Below, one piece after another: positions 39,979 to 52,110 of a DNA stretch of 64,000 bases. The stretch comes from Moniliella sp. 'wahieum' (lineage: Eukaryota): contig RSEE01000013.1 in the NCBI GenBank assembly GCA_003971905.1, forward strand, positions 868,001 to 932,000. Direction: 5' to 3'. The notes under the pieces are model-generated. The model ran no database searches. It was given only the letters and a program-made list of their open reading frames with translations, and was not told the origin of the DNA. A program made the translations under genes and the position numbers. Numbering within the stretch: the stretch's first letter is position 1; the number at the start of each line of letters is the position of its first letter.

Positions 39979-41580
39979 GAATGCACACAACCTAGAGATT
40001 TGCCAGGACTGGGAGAATCGGATAGCAGACAACAGAGAGGATCGTGTTTTTGAGAGCTGGGGGCATGGATGAGATCGATGACCATAATAGGCAATCGTCT
40101 GTTCAAACACGGTTTCAACGTTCAACGTACGGGGGGTTGCCGGTTGGTGCGTATACGGGTGTGCATCCACTTAGAACCGGCTCTCTGCGATTGTAGACGA
40201 GCACATGAACGTGAGGACGTGAGTAGCGTGAATCGTGCGTACTGAGTACACTGAGTATAACTCAACTGAGTGCTTCAGTGGGTCGTGGGCGCGTGAAGTC
40301 GTGATGCTTGAAGCTTGAAGCTCTAAGAGTCTTGAAGCTTAAGCTTTAAGCTTAAAGCCTGAGGCTCAGGCCTGAAGGCCTGAAGGCCATGAAACCATGG
40401 CATCCTTCAAAGCTCGTACTCGGGTAGTTATCCTGTTTTTGTTTCCATACCACGCATTAGGCACTGGACATCTGAGATCTGAGCTTCTGAGCGCACTGCC
40501 GATCCTGTCGCAGGGAACCGGCACAGGCCAGTCTCACGTCCTTCTTCGTTGTTCCGTCACATGTCACACGTCACATGTCACAGGCTACGGCTCCCTGAGG
40601 CCTGACGCTAGGACAAGGCAGCAGCGGGGCAGTGTACAGGTGAGGTGATCGTCGCTTCAATCCCGCCTTGTCCCAGCCTCTCCCCCGTCGTTTGCATTTT
40701 TGCCATTGCATCATATGCATCGGGATTTGTGGGGATCTGCCTGGGTGTGTACACCAAAGCCGTTGTTTCCCCCGTAACGCCCTCATCCACTGGCCTTTGG
40801 CATACCGATGGCATCAATGAGATGTGCCATGTGCACCCCATCGAGGTGTGGTCCCTTCCCCTTCGAACAAGCCGCGCGCGCTATCCTACTCTTGCATTCC
40901 TATCATTTACAAAGCTTAGGGCTAGGGCAAAGTAATCCAGCGCTAGCAGATTCGCTCGTCAAACCGGCGTGTGTTGCTGCTGTGCCAGCCCAATTCGTAG
41001 TAGAACAGTTGAGATTCGCCACCAGGACAGGACGGGACCCTCAGGCCTGAGCCTCAGGCCTCATCGATCATCTGGCACCCCCGTCATTCGCTTCCAAAAA
41101 CCACATGTAGCGTGTGGATATACGAACGAGTGCTATTAACTAAGTAAGTACTGAGTGCGTGGTAGACGGAGTATGCGCGCGTTAAAACGTCAACGTCTCG
41201 TGTTGATTATAATGAGATCAATGAGATTAACCGATATATAACCAGGCTTCAAGCTTCAGACCTGTAACCTCAGGCCTCAGGAAGGCTTTCCAAGTGCCCA
41301 AAAGAATCTGTTGTCGTCTTGGTGGTGTCACTTGGCCGGTAGGCAGAATGCATGACCGGCATGACCTAAGGGAAGCCTTACTTGACGTGTTTTTTGTCGC
41401 ATTTCGCTTTCCCCAAAGGCGAAAAAAACTCCTTTTTCTCCCTTTTCCACAGGTGTTTGCGGTTGCTCTCTCATGTACCACCTTTCGGTATCATTATGTT
41501 GTAACCATACTGAGCCTCCGTATTGCATTTCATGCCCGAATTCCTCAAGTCGTGGTTCACCTGTCCTTTTTCACCTCCGA

Positions 41581-41953
41581 CTTGTTAGCGTCGGACATTC
41601 TCCTCTCCGACTCGTCCTCCAGCATCCGTCAGTCCAGTCGCGCGAGCCCTCTCTGGCCGCGTCGATTTCCAGTGTCTATCCCGTCTCAGTTGAGGCAGTG
41701 TTTGACCATTGCTGCCTCCTCCTACCGTCCCTAAGTCCCGCAGGCTTCAGACGCGTTACTACGGCCCAAGTCGGTGCAGACGCAGCCTTGCCACACGAGC
41801 AGCCGCCCCACCAAAGGCCTCTCCTCGTCCCTAGCTCCGCTCGGATACGCCAACCACCCAAGCCCGAAACTACCGTGAGTCGACCTACCGTCGCCTAATG
41901 GATTGTACCCCCAAAAACCCCAGGCGGGCCCCCTGGCGGCGCCGCCCGTGACA
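41581..41953 (+). mobile_element. 5'-truncated copy of the LTR family
   Basis: Aligns with ~1615-1972 and ends in CCCGTGACA. The 5' part is missing and no TSD was found. Confidence 0.85.
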
Positions 41954-43642
41954 CCATTCCTGATCATCCTAATGCTCCTGAACCCATCACTCAGTTGTCC
42001 GTACGCCTGGCCATCCTCCCAGACTCCGTCTCGTCCTCTTCCCCCACAACCGACTCTTTGATAACGTGATATGGCGCCTATATGATCCTCCGCCTCGCTT
42101 AAGGCTATACGTGTTGATCGCCCTTTGTACGCTTCTGCATTCATCTCAGTTTTAGCCCACGGCGCGTCCTTTTGCTGAAAATTGTTTCAGTAGTCGCTCT
42201 TCAAGCTTCAGTGTTGGTCCTATTCCCCGACCCCTATCGTATTAGCCATCAAGCTATTTGCCAAGCCTCCCATAACGTTAGGCAGGCTCCCGCCGTGTCA
42301 CCGTGTTGCCACAAGCGCGTATGGGTGTTGCGGATGAAGCACCACGAGCCTGAGGATCGGCTCCAACACAATCTTTGTGCAACGCGCCAACCATGGATTG
42401 GGTGCGGGCGCAAACCAAGATGTGTTCAAGCAACGCAGACTCTTACAAGAGTGCCACCATTTCCTCGGTTTCCACCCCTTTTGTGGTCGTACGTCCGAGT
42501 GTACTACCACTGATGGCGTATCCACAGCGAGGTAGGTTTCCTTTCCTTTGTGGTCTTGCATTTGCTTTCTCTTCTGTCTTTTAACGCTCGGCACCGTCTC
42601 CTCGCTCCTTTTGCTTTTCATCAGTCCGAGACCATCACATGTGGTGGTGATCACAAGCTACATATACTAGTAGTCACCGTATATAGCCCTTTCAGTCTCG
42701 GGCGGTGCGGTCTCAACGCACAGCCAATTAGCCATGGCGCATCACAACACACCTCTTCTCGCTATAGCTCACATGCGAGGGACACACTTATTACTCCTAT
42801 ATTAGTATATGTCAGTAGAAAGCATAGCTACACTGCAGTAAGCGTTGCATTCGCAAGACGGAGCCAATGCGAAGGAGAGAGAGACGCCTTCGTGCCGTAA
42901 TGCCACCGCGGTTCCATTTGCCACACTACAATACCCGTTCCCTCCTTTTCCTCACAAGCTGAATCAAGGATGACGCTTCATCGGGGCATCGCACAAAATG
43001 ATGAATCCACTGCATTTTGCCCCCCAGTCACTCGGTAACCAGTATATCTGCTACCATAAAGGCGTCTTAAGGGAGTTTTATCACTCTGCCGTCGGCCACA
43101 AACATCGCGCTTACTAGTTTTCGGAGAAACGTCGAAATTTCTTCTCTCTTTCTCTTCCCTATAGGTGGTAGTAGACCTCGTCATGATCCACGTCCCTTCT
43201 AATTCACAATATCCTTCTCAAATGCATTTCGGAAGGCAACGGCAGGTGAAGTGAAGTGAACTAAACGTGTGCACATTTGGGCATGTCAGAAGGACATAAT
43301 ACGTCTTCTGCATGACGATCCTTGTTCACCACTACATTGACTGACTCTTTCCTCAGCTCCGGCTCCTCTCTGGCGAATTTCAAGACCGAAAGGAGATGAG
43401 CCCTCCTTTCGGATCCCAGCTCTGTGGGGTGAGCCGTGGAGGCTCACGTGTCTGATATACTGGTGGAGGGAGCAAAATGTTTCCGTCGCGTTTCGCCACA
43501 GTTTCATTGTCCTTTGTGCCTCGTTACCTATGCGACCTGCCCGCTAGGTCGAACTGCGGTGCAGCGACTTTATCCGACACTTTTCCTCTCCTCGAGCACT
43601 GTGTACCACGACCAAGGGGACAAATACAATGCATCACCGCCC

Positions 43643-45338
43643 CTACGGCTTCATTCGTGCCGGCACCCACCGCCGCACCGCTGTATCGTGCACTGCATAG
43701 GACGACCGGTCTTGATGGCTTCCACCAGCGAGGCAGGGGAGGTCAAGTGTCCCTCGGAAAGGGCACGCGCGATACTGGGCACATGCACGTGGCACAAAAT
43801 CAACGTCTTGAGCACTTGTGTGTTGACTCGGTTCACCGAGCTGATCGTACCCAGTCCATCGGCCCGGCTGTCGAGTGCACAAACGGTGAACTGACCCGCT
43901 CGCTATCGTCCTCGTACGAGGGCACAACCAAAATGGCAAACCTAGGTGCAGAGTTAGTTAGTTTCCTACAGTTGATCAGGATGTCCTGTGGGAGAGGGGA
44001 AGCGTACTCGGCATGGCCAAAGACAGGGCCGCGCTTGTAGAGCCAGAAAGTCGACACAGAACTTGGTCCCGGCTGAACACCAAACCGAGAGAACGGTAGT
44101 GATGGTAGGCCACGTAGTTGATCAGGAACGGATTGTCCGCCCGGCGCCACCACTCTCCTTCCATCGGAACCTCGGGGGCCAGTACAGAGGGAGCGGCCGA
44201 GGAAGAGAGACAGAGGTTCATCACCTCCTCGGGAGAAAGGGTAGAGCCTTCATTGACCACCTCGAGAGCACCCAGCATGACCGAGAGGAAAAGGTTTCAA
44301 TAAGGGAGAGCTGCACCCATTCCACTTCCTCCAGCGGCTCTTCCTCCTCCGGCGCGGCGGGAGCAGCGGGTACAGCTGGAACAGGAAGGGAAGATGGTGT
44401 GCTGGTTTCCACACAACGGGTGGAGGAGTGGATGACTTCGGAGGTAAGACAACAGGCGCCTCCTCCAACCCGGCCTGAGCACGAGCCCTGGCTCTAGCTT
44501 CAACCGCCGCCGCAGCATCTTCGCCTCCACGGAAGTAGATGAGCCCCGGAACGGCGCGGTACGGTACCCATCGTCTGTTTCTTCCAGCTCCGGTTCGGCA
44601 AAGGTGAGCGACTCGTCAATGTGGAGGATTTTTTTGCCCATCGTCCGAAAGGATGCCACCAGCCGCCTTGAGGGTTTGGATGTCCTCTTCGGTCAGCTCG
44701 CCCCCCAGGGATAAGATTCCATCTGCACGTTGCGTTCCAGCCCGCACCGCCGCCCTGGCTCGCTCAATCTTGGCTTGCAACCTCTCTCGCCGTCGTACGG
44801 CCGTCAGTTCTTCGGCCGTCAAGATGACCGGTTGCCCGGCCGCTTCCGCTTTGGCTCGCTCCGCCAGCACGTGGCGGGTATGTTCCCTGCGCGCCAACCA
44901 GGTCGGCTCGGAGCGGGAGAGAGAGCCCTTGCCAAAGAATCCTCGGCGCCACAAAACCTGGGCTCCTTCGGGATCGGTGACCCAGACGGAGCGCGTCAGG
45001 GCATCGTATTGTCCTACAACGGGCGCAGGCAAGGCGTCTGCACTCTGCTGAGGCCACCACGCAAGCACGCGTTCCCATAAGCTCAACTTCTTCCCGCGCG
45101 CATCCAAACGTGCAAACACAGCCTGGTCCGCAGGTGGCACATCAAGCAAGGGCAGTGCGTGGCGGTACATGCGTTGCTTGTCCATCCGCGACGTACCCGG
45201 CTGAGTGCTCTTGCCCGTATTGGCCGGGCCTGCATCGGCAGCCCAACCGGGAACATGCGCCTGGCCGCCACCAGCACGCATCCCACGCCCTCGTCCACGC
45301 CCACGGCCTCGTCCGCGTCCTTGCATGGGAGGAGGCAT
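43643..45338 (-). CDS. SEN2: tRNA-splicing endonuclease catalytic subunit
   Basis: LWRRGFFGKGSLSRSEPTW, EWVQLSLIETF, DNPFLINYVAYHHYRSLG, LYKRGPVFGHAEYA and C-terminal RRWVPARMK. GTATGT-like introns are not clearly resolved. Confidence 0.9.
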
Positions 45339-45668
45339 GCTGGCAAGTGAGAAGGATGGAGGAGCGGAGGGAACAGGCGCGATGCGATCGATGGACCCAC
45401 CACCCGGTCCGTCCCCCAGCGAGCTTTTTGCGTAGCCTGAATTTTTTGTCGGTGGCGGAGGTTGAACGTTTCAATATCGCCTGACTCATAGCGAACTCAT
45501 ACCCATCTCACCGATCATCCCAACTTCATCGATGATTCGTTCCCATCCTGCATCCCGACAGACGCAGGCACTTAAGCTGAAGCTTCACTGATCGATGCAA
45601 CTGGCGGTTGGTCAGATACGCATCTACCCTGGACTTGCTATATAGGCGCGCGGAGCGAAGGAGGGACA

Positions 45669-45744
45669 GATGGATGGATGGATGGATGGATGGATGGATG
45701 GATGATGGATGGATGGATGGGGATGGATGGATGGATGGATGGAT
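45669..45744. repeat. (GGAT)n microsatellite
   Basis: About 18 GGAT units with two interruptions. Confidence 0.95.
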
Positions 45745-46049
45745 TGCTTGATTGATTGACAGGGTGGATGGACAAGGGAGCTTGAATAAACAAACATTCC
45801 GTTCTCGGGAGCTAACAAACAGTCGGCGCACGCAGCGCAGGCACCCTCGAGAAGACATGCAAACCAAAGATAAACCGTATGGAACAGCCGGGGGCAACAG
45901 GGATGGGTAAGGTACAATGGGACCAGGATGGGGAAACGGAGCAAAGCACAGGGACACGGCTGTCCCGAACATGTAATATGACAGATAATAGAACCGAAAC
46001 AAACGATGCGGATGAGCTCTGAGATCTGAGATCTGAGATCTGAGAGGGA

Positions 46050-48600
46050 AACATGCAACACAACATTACGCGCACACCGTGTCCGGGTGACGCAGAGCAA
46101 TCAATCACTGCGCCGTGCCCACCAGGTCTACTGGGTGGAAGCAAACACATCAAGCTCGTCGTCCAAATACGCCGAAAGCACATCAAACGATTGCGGGGGC
46201 GAGTGCGCTGGAGCGGCAAGATAGTTTCTTGGCCGAAGGGACGTGAGCGGCTCTGAAGGAGAGCGGATGTGCATTTCCTCCTTGACGGAAGCACTTCCTC
46301 GGGCTGGGAGAGCGTGTAGGCGTGGGGCCCGGGGCGGGAAGAGGGAGTAACAGGCCGGGCGGTGCGGGGAAGGGGAGAGTGGCGGCCCATGTGGGAGGAC
46401 AGGTTGTGCAGTGATGGAGGAGTAGGCGTGGCGGGCGAACCGGCGAGGGGGGAACCGCCGATGGGGAGAGCCCGACCGGGTGGGGAGAGCTGGTATTGTT
46501 TGGGGATAGGAAGAAAGCTGGCCGCTTGGACCCCCTTCCCCTTGGGCGTCACCATGTGTCGCTGACCTTCCAGGTCGGACTGTCCGATAAATCGAACGCC
46601 CGATTCTGCATAGTCTCCCCTAAGGCCATGCAGCAGAGGACAATGAGGCATCCGAGGAGGGTGTTCCACAGCTCGGTCGTGGCCCGGGCGGAAGCGGAAG
46701 AGAGCCCATGATAAGGCTCTGACGGATACCTGTTCCGAGGCGAGGGGGGATGTTGCCAGCCAGCAAGCCAGGGGAAGAGAACTGGCTGCTGTCTGGCGTG
46801 CTGAGCTCCGGCGGTACATGTCCAAGGAGCTGTACGAGTACCCCCCCAAAGGGCTTGGGTTGGCCCTCGAGCTACTAACACTCCCACGCTGGCCTGACTT
46901 GGCCCATGGACGGACAGGGTACGAAAGGGGCGATCCAGAGGGCAACTCGTACAACCCCAATCGGCCCTGCAGCTCCGCTTCGTCCGCCATGGAAGTGGTA
47001 CCTCGGCACTGCTCCCAGAAGGAGAGTGCGTAGGCGCTTTGACTTGAGACCTAGGGTCATGGGAACTGTCATCCCTACGTAATTTGAGTTGAGTTGACGA
47101 AAGAGGAGCGGGCGCACCTCCATTTGCGGGGAAGGTGGTTGGCCAGGCGAGTAGGATCGTATCGGTGGCCACGTTAGCTCCGTGGGCGAAACAGGGGGGT
47201 GGGACGGCTCGACCAAAGGCAATGGGGAGCAGGATAAAGGGACTGTAGGGGCGCTTTGGCCATGGGTTGCTGTGGCGTGTCAAATACCGACGCATCTTCG
47301 TCCGACTGGGTCCGCTGGAGGCGAGGGAACACAAAGCTCATATCCGGCCGAGGGTTGGCGCTTTGGGCTTTGCGCATGGGGTACCCCATCCCGACACATC
47401 TTTCCCTGCATACATCCCTGCCGGCCGCACTTGGGAGCGATGGGCAAGGGGGGAGGTCGGATCCCGCCTTCGCGACGGGAAGCTAGATCCAAAGTCGGCC
47501 GAGTGAGCCACGCGCATGTCTTGTGACGAGACGGTCGGGAGCGGAACTGTGTGTAAGCTGCGCGGTGCTCTCCATAGGGGAGAGAGGGTCCACCCTGGGT
47601 AACGACGGCAATGGGAGCGAGGTACTGCTTTTGGTAAAGTGTTTTAGGTTGGCATGCTAAGTTTCTGCTTCACGTGCGTCACAGGGGAACCACCAAGATC
47701 ACTGGGTAATGCAACGCTCTTGGCGGCTGTGTGTGACGGGGGAAGACGGAAGAACGGGTGGGGAGTTCGGGTGCATCGCCGCCCAATTGCAAGTATTGGA
47801 ATAAAGCATCGAGCAAGTTCTGCCGTTCCTTGGCGGCGGAGTCGAGTTCTTGTGTCCTCGCTCCTCGGGCGTGGACGTACCGAATGGGCAACGGACATGG
47901 CGCCCGACAGGGCGGGATGAACGTTGATCCGTCCTTGGACGGACGGGGTGAGGCGAGCCTGAGGGCAACGGTGTGAACGGTTGCGAATCCAAAACTCCAC
48001 ATGACGATCAAACTCACATGCTCCTGCACACTCAAACGAGTCATTGGAACCGTTCCGCTCACGCACCGTTCGTAGGAGGCTGTGCGACTGCTACCATGGC
48101 CCTAGAACGTGCCAGACGCTGGAACCATTGGGCGGGCTTGCCTTGGGTGGACCCCCCGTTGGTGTGCCGCGTGAACCTGCTTGCCAAGTATCCAGCTGGA
48201 GCCGGGTCGAAAGTTGAGGCGAGGAAGGTGCGGGCGAGGCTGTGGGGGAGTGGCGGGGGGCCCTCTTGGTACAGGGTCAACAAGGCGCATCGAAACACTG
48301 CTTTGCTTCGGGCGCGTCGGCCTGCGGTTCCCGACATAGACTGGGACCGCGAGGTTAGTTCAAGAAAAGCAGAAAGGGGAGGGGGTTGAAAGCAAAATAG
48401 ACATACAGGAGAAGGCTTGGACATCTTGCCACTGAGCTTACGAGTGCGGGCACTGTTGTTGGGATTCGGGTGGGATCAGGAGGCAAGGGACATTTTGGCT
48501 CACCGGGGAAGGGACGAGCGTGATGGGGTGAGTGTGCGGGGGTCAAGGGCTTGATGAATGGTGCGGGGGAAGGACAGGACAAAGGAGAATCGGACGGCAT
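46050..48600 (-). CDS. Ser/Pro-rich hypothetical protein (fragmented)
   Basis: Chain of minus-strand ORFs (48355-48633, 48059-48424, 47679-48062, 46549-47334, 45812-46990) and a canonical GTATGT..CTAAC..CAG intron at ~48341-48406. No recognisable domain; the end is approximate. Confidence 0.45.
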
Positions 48601-49029
48601 GATGGGCAGGCAGCTGGGAAAAGGGAGTGCCAAGGGTACAGAAAGTGTACTGTTGGTGAAGAGAGGTGACGACTAGCAGCACACCTGGCTTGCCATCTGC
48701 ACCGGGCCTGCGGACGATGCGGGGCGATGTGGGCGGGGGGGAGAGGGGCGTCGGAGCGAAGGCGACGGATGTGGGGCGTGGGCGAGGCTGGATGCGTATT
48801 ATCCGCTGGGCCAGGCGTCTGTGCTGGTGCTGGGCAGCAGATGGAGGCGGGGGTCAGAGGCAGAAGGGGCGGTGGTGCGAGCCGCGTGTTGGGTCGCCAG
48901 CGGGGCGTGCGACTGCTTGGGTGCAACCAGCTGGCCAAGCGAGGCGTCGCGGTGACCGATGAGCGTCGCATATGCAATCGCCCGCACAGGGACCGTGCTC
49001 TCTGGCGCTCAGATCCAGATCTCGCACGG

Positions 49030-52000
49030 GGCGTGATCGATGATCAGCTTCAAGCTTCAGTGTTCGATGCCAGCGCTCAGCCGCTCAGCCATCGGTGACG
49101 GGGACAAGGCCACACGAGCACCTCCACATCACCACCCCCATCTCACGCTCAGCCGCTCAGAAGCTCTCAGATCTCAGATCTCACTAGCTCACTGGCCAAG
49201 CCCACACGCCACCGGCCATCTATCCCACATCATGAGCATCATGTGCCTCATGCAGCAGCATGCGAATGCCTCCTCCAGTTCACCATCGCGCCGGCCAAGC
49301 AAGGAAGGGGCGAATGCACAGAGCGTGGACCCTGTGTGGGATTCATCGTCCCCAATATACTCGGTTACTCAGTACTCAACGTACTCAGCGCTTTGGGCGG
49401 CTAAGCACTCAATATTACGAGTACGCTCTGTACTGGCACGTAACCGGCCCCCTTCTGTCCCAGCCAACGTAAAAGCTTAGTGCACTTGAAGCTTGAAGCT
49501 TGGAAGCTTGAAGCTGTAGAAGGACCTCTGAGGCTGAGCCTCAAAACATCTCTCTCGATCTCAATGTTCTCAACTAACATTGCTGAGCCGCTGGAAGCGT
49601 GAAGCTTGAAGACCTTGAATTACCTTGAAGCTTGAAGCTTGAAGCTTGAAGCTGGAACCTTGAACGTGTTGAACTCAACGTTGAGCTGGAAGCTTGAACC
49701 ATCTGCTGAACGAATGGGCCGCTACAGTCACGAGGTAGTCACGGTGCCCAAGTGATTAGTGATTAGTGACTAGTGGCTTCGGGCTGACGCGCCACATGTC
49801 ACTGGGTGGCCGCCCAGGTAACTGGGGAGCCCGTGCGGCCCTTAGGCCTTAGGCCTTATAGTATTGTCTTCTCAGATCTCATTGAAAGAGAGCTTGAGGA
49901 TGGACGAAGAAACGCTACGCCCCTGCATCACGCGTATCACGCATCATGCCCTCAGGCTCGCTCAGAGCTGAACCTTAGCACTCATCGACATCGGGCGTGT
50001 GCTGCCGCTTGCTCTTCGTACCACCCAATTAGGAAGTCGTCAGAAGGTCAAGCTCTCTGGCTCGCACCATTGGCTTGCGAATCTGATGTCCAGACGAGAT
50101 CTGATGCATATGTTGTAGCGCGGGTGAATACGAATGAGCGCGTCGAGTTATAACTGTCGTGACGTGTTGAACCGTGCCTAAGCGAGGAAGAGAGTACATA
50201 GCAGGATGAACATGTAACGTTCAAATGCTTAGTTAGGCCTTAGGCCTTAGGCGAGTTCGCGTGGCTTCGTGGGTACGGCACTTGATGCATGTTGAACGTG
50301 TTGAACGTTGAACGTTGATCGATGATCGATGATCTCGATGATCGCTCGGCCCTATCCAGCATCACTGCATCACCGGCATCACCAGCCCCACGGCTTGGAA
50401 TCGGTAGGGGAGATCGAGAGCACCCTCGGCACGAAACGTTGGCTTGTATAGGAAGCAATGATCGATGATCATCAGTTACGCGTTACGCGCTACGCTTCAG
50501 TGCACACTGGGCGGCCGACCAGCAATCGCGTGTCCCACCAGAACCGAGGCACGTGGGGCAGGTTGCCGAGCTATACAGGGTGCAAAACAGTCACGCGGTC
50601 ACGCGGTCACGGTGACCGGTGACCGGTGAAGCTTGAAGCCGGTGATCCGATGAGCACGGAGCCTTCTCTTGTGAATATGAGCCAGCGCTGACCCGCTGAC
50701 CCCTGAGCCGGGGGCCGCCGGCAGAGGCCTCTCTAGCTTCCCTGAGGCCTGAGGCTTAGGCCTGTGGCTCAGGCGGCCTAAGGCCTCTTAGCCCAAGGCC
50801 TAAGGCCTAAGGATCAGTAACGGATAACCGTAACCGGTAGCCAGTAAAGCCGAAGGCCTGGAAAGGCTTAGGGTTAAGGCCAAGCAGCATAGGCCTATCA
50901 CGTGCCAGTGCAGCTTTTTAGGCCTTGGGCCGCGTTACGCGTTAGGCCTTTTAAAGTCGGATGCTTGAACAAGCAGAATACGACAAGAACGCCAAGTACC
51001 AGGGACGCACTCAAGAGCCGTTTTTCCCCCTGGTTTTGACGACGCGAGGATACTACGGCACCAAGACGGCGGGCAAGTTGTTTGCGCATTGGAAGGAGTT
51101 GGCTACTAAGTCTCAGTGGAAATGGTTCCTCGCTCGGATGTCAACCACGTTCCTCCGTGTCCACACGCGCTTCCTAGGGTACGGGACCGGATGGCGTGAG
51201 CCGGAGGGTCCTGATATCCTGGCGATCCCCCTGGTCCCTTGACCCTGGTGGCGCCCCCAAGTAACCCCCGCAAGATGAACGGTTAGGTTTAGACGTAGCG
51301 TTCCCCTGTCCCAGCCTTAAGCTCTGTCAATGAAATGGACGTGGTCTAGGTTTGGAATTTGAGACCCACACAGCAAAGTGTGAGACGAGCATTCCTGCCT
51401 CGGCCTCATCCACATCAGTCCTCCGTCGACGCGTCGACAGAGAATATTGATATTGATGTGGCCTGAAGCTCAGGCCGAGGGCCTTTCTGACCTGAGGCTC
51501 ACAGACTTCAGCCTGAAGCTTGAAGCTGCCGCTCACGCTCAGGGCGCTCAGAGCGCCAAGCCCACACCTGAGGCAATTATGCGAGTTACGGCCCTGAGGT
51601 CTGAGGCCTGAGGCCTGAGTTAACGTGCTACATGTTGACGTTAATCGATAACCACATTGAGAGCTTCTCGTAGGCAACAGCCTCAGCCTATAGGCTAAGG
51701 GCAGAACCCCGCCGGTCACCTTGTACCCACCCCTGTCACCTCAGATTGAGGGCTCCTCCCTCAAAAGCCTCATCGACCTCATCGGGCTCGCCGCCTTACC
51801 GCCTCACCTTGGCGCTCAGCTCTCATAGCGAGGGGCTGAGCTTCATTGAACGTTCTGTTAAACCAAGATTCCGTATCTTCCGTCGGGGGGCGAGGGTGTT
51901 CTGTACTGAGAGCGGAATATCCCTGAGCCATCCTGGACATTCGTCCATGTCTATCTCGTATTCCCTGCCTGAGGCCAGAGACCCCTCAGACCTCAGCCTG

Positions 52001-52110
52001 AGACCTGTGACCGGGTGACCACTGAGTCTCAGTGTACTGATCTGGGTCAAGATCCATAATCGATTATCCATGATCCACATAAATCCATGACACTGTCATG
52101 TGGACCTAGC
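49030..52110. repeat. Field of 7-bp-period palindromic micro-arrays (NNTNANN units)
   Basis: (CTTGAAG)4 49624-49651, (CCTTAGG)2 50238-50251, GTTGAAC-GTTGAAC-GTTGATC-GATGATC-GATGATC 50300-50334, GGTGACC-GGTGACC-GGTGAAG-CTTGAAG 50611-50638, and CCTGAGG/CCTAAGG arrays 50740-50812. Confidence 0.85.
50965..51332 (+). mobile_element. 3' fragment of a non-LTR retrotransposon (CRE/RLE-type), copy 2
   Basis: Open frame EQAEYDKNAKYQGRTQEPFFPLVLTTRGYYGTKTAGKLFAHWKEL..FLARMSTTFLR resembles the KxxKY..FxPxVxxxxGxxG C-terminus of restriction-like endonuclease domains. Same 3' end as the other two copies. Confidence 0.7.

Noticed and set aside
5144..45338. tRNA-processing cluster (intron tRNA, DUS4, SEN2)
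   Set aside because: The genes are spread over 40 kb among unrelated genes, so chance is a sufficient explanation.
49485..49700. CRISPR-like array
   Set aside because: Units are 7 bp with no unique spacers, the context is eukaryotic, and there are no cas genes.
50868..50876. TTAGGGTTA, a possible telomerase RNA template or telomere seed
   Set aside because: A single 9-mer inside CTTAGG/TTAAGG-type arrays, with no other supporting structure seen.
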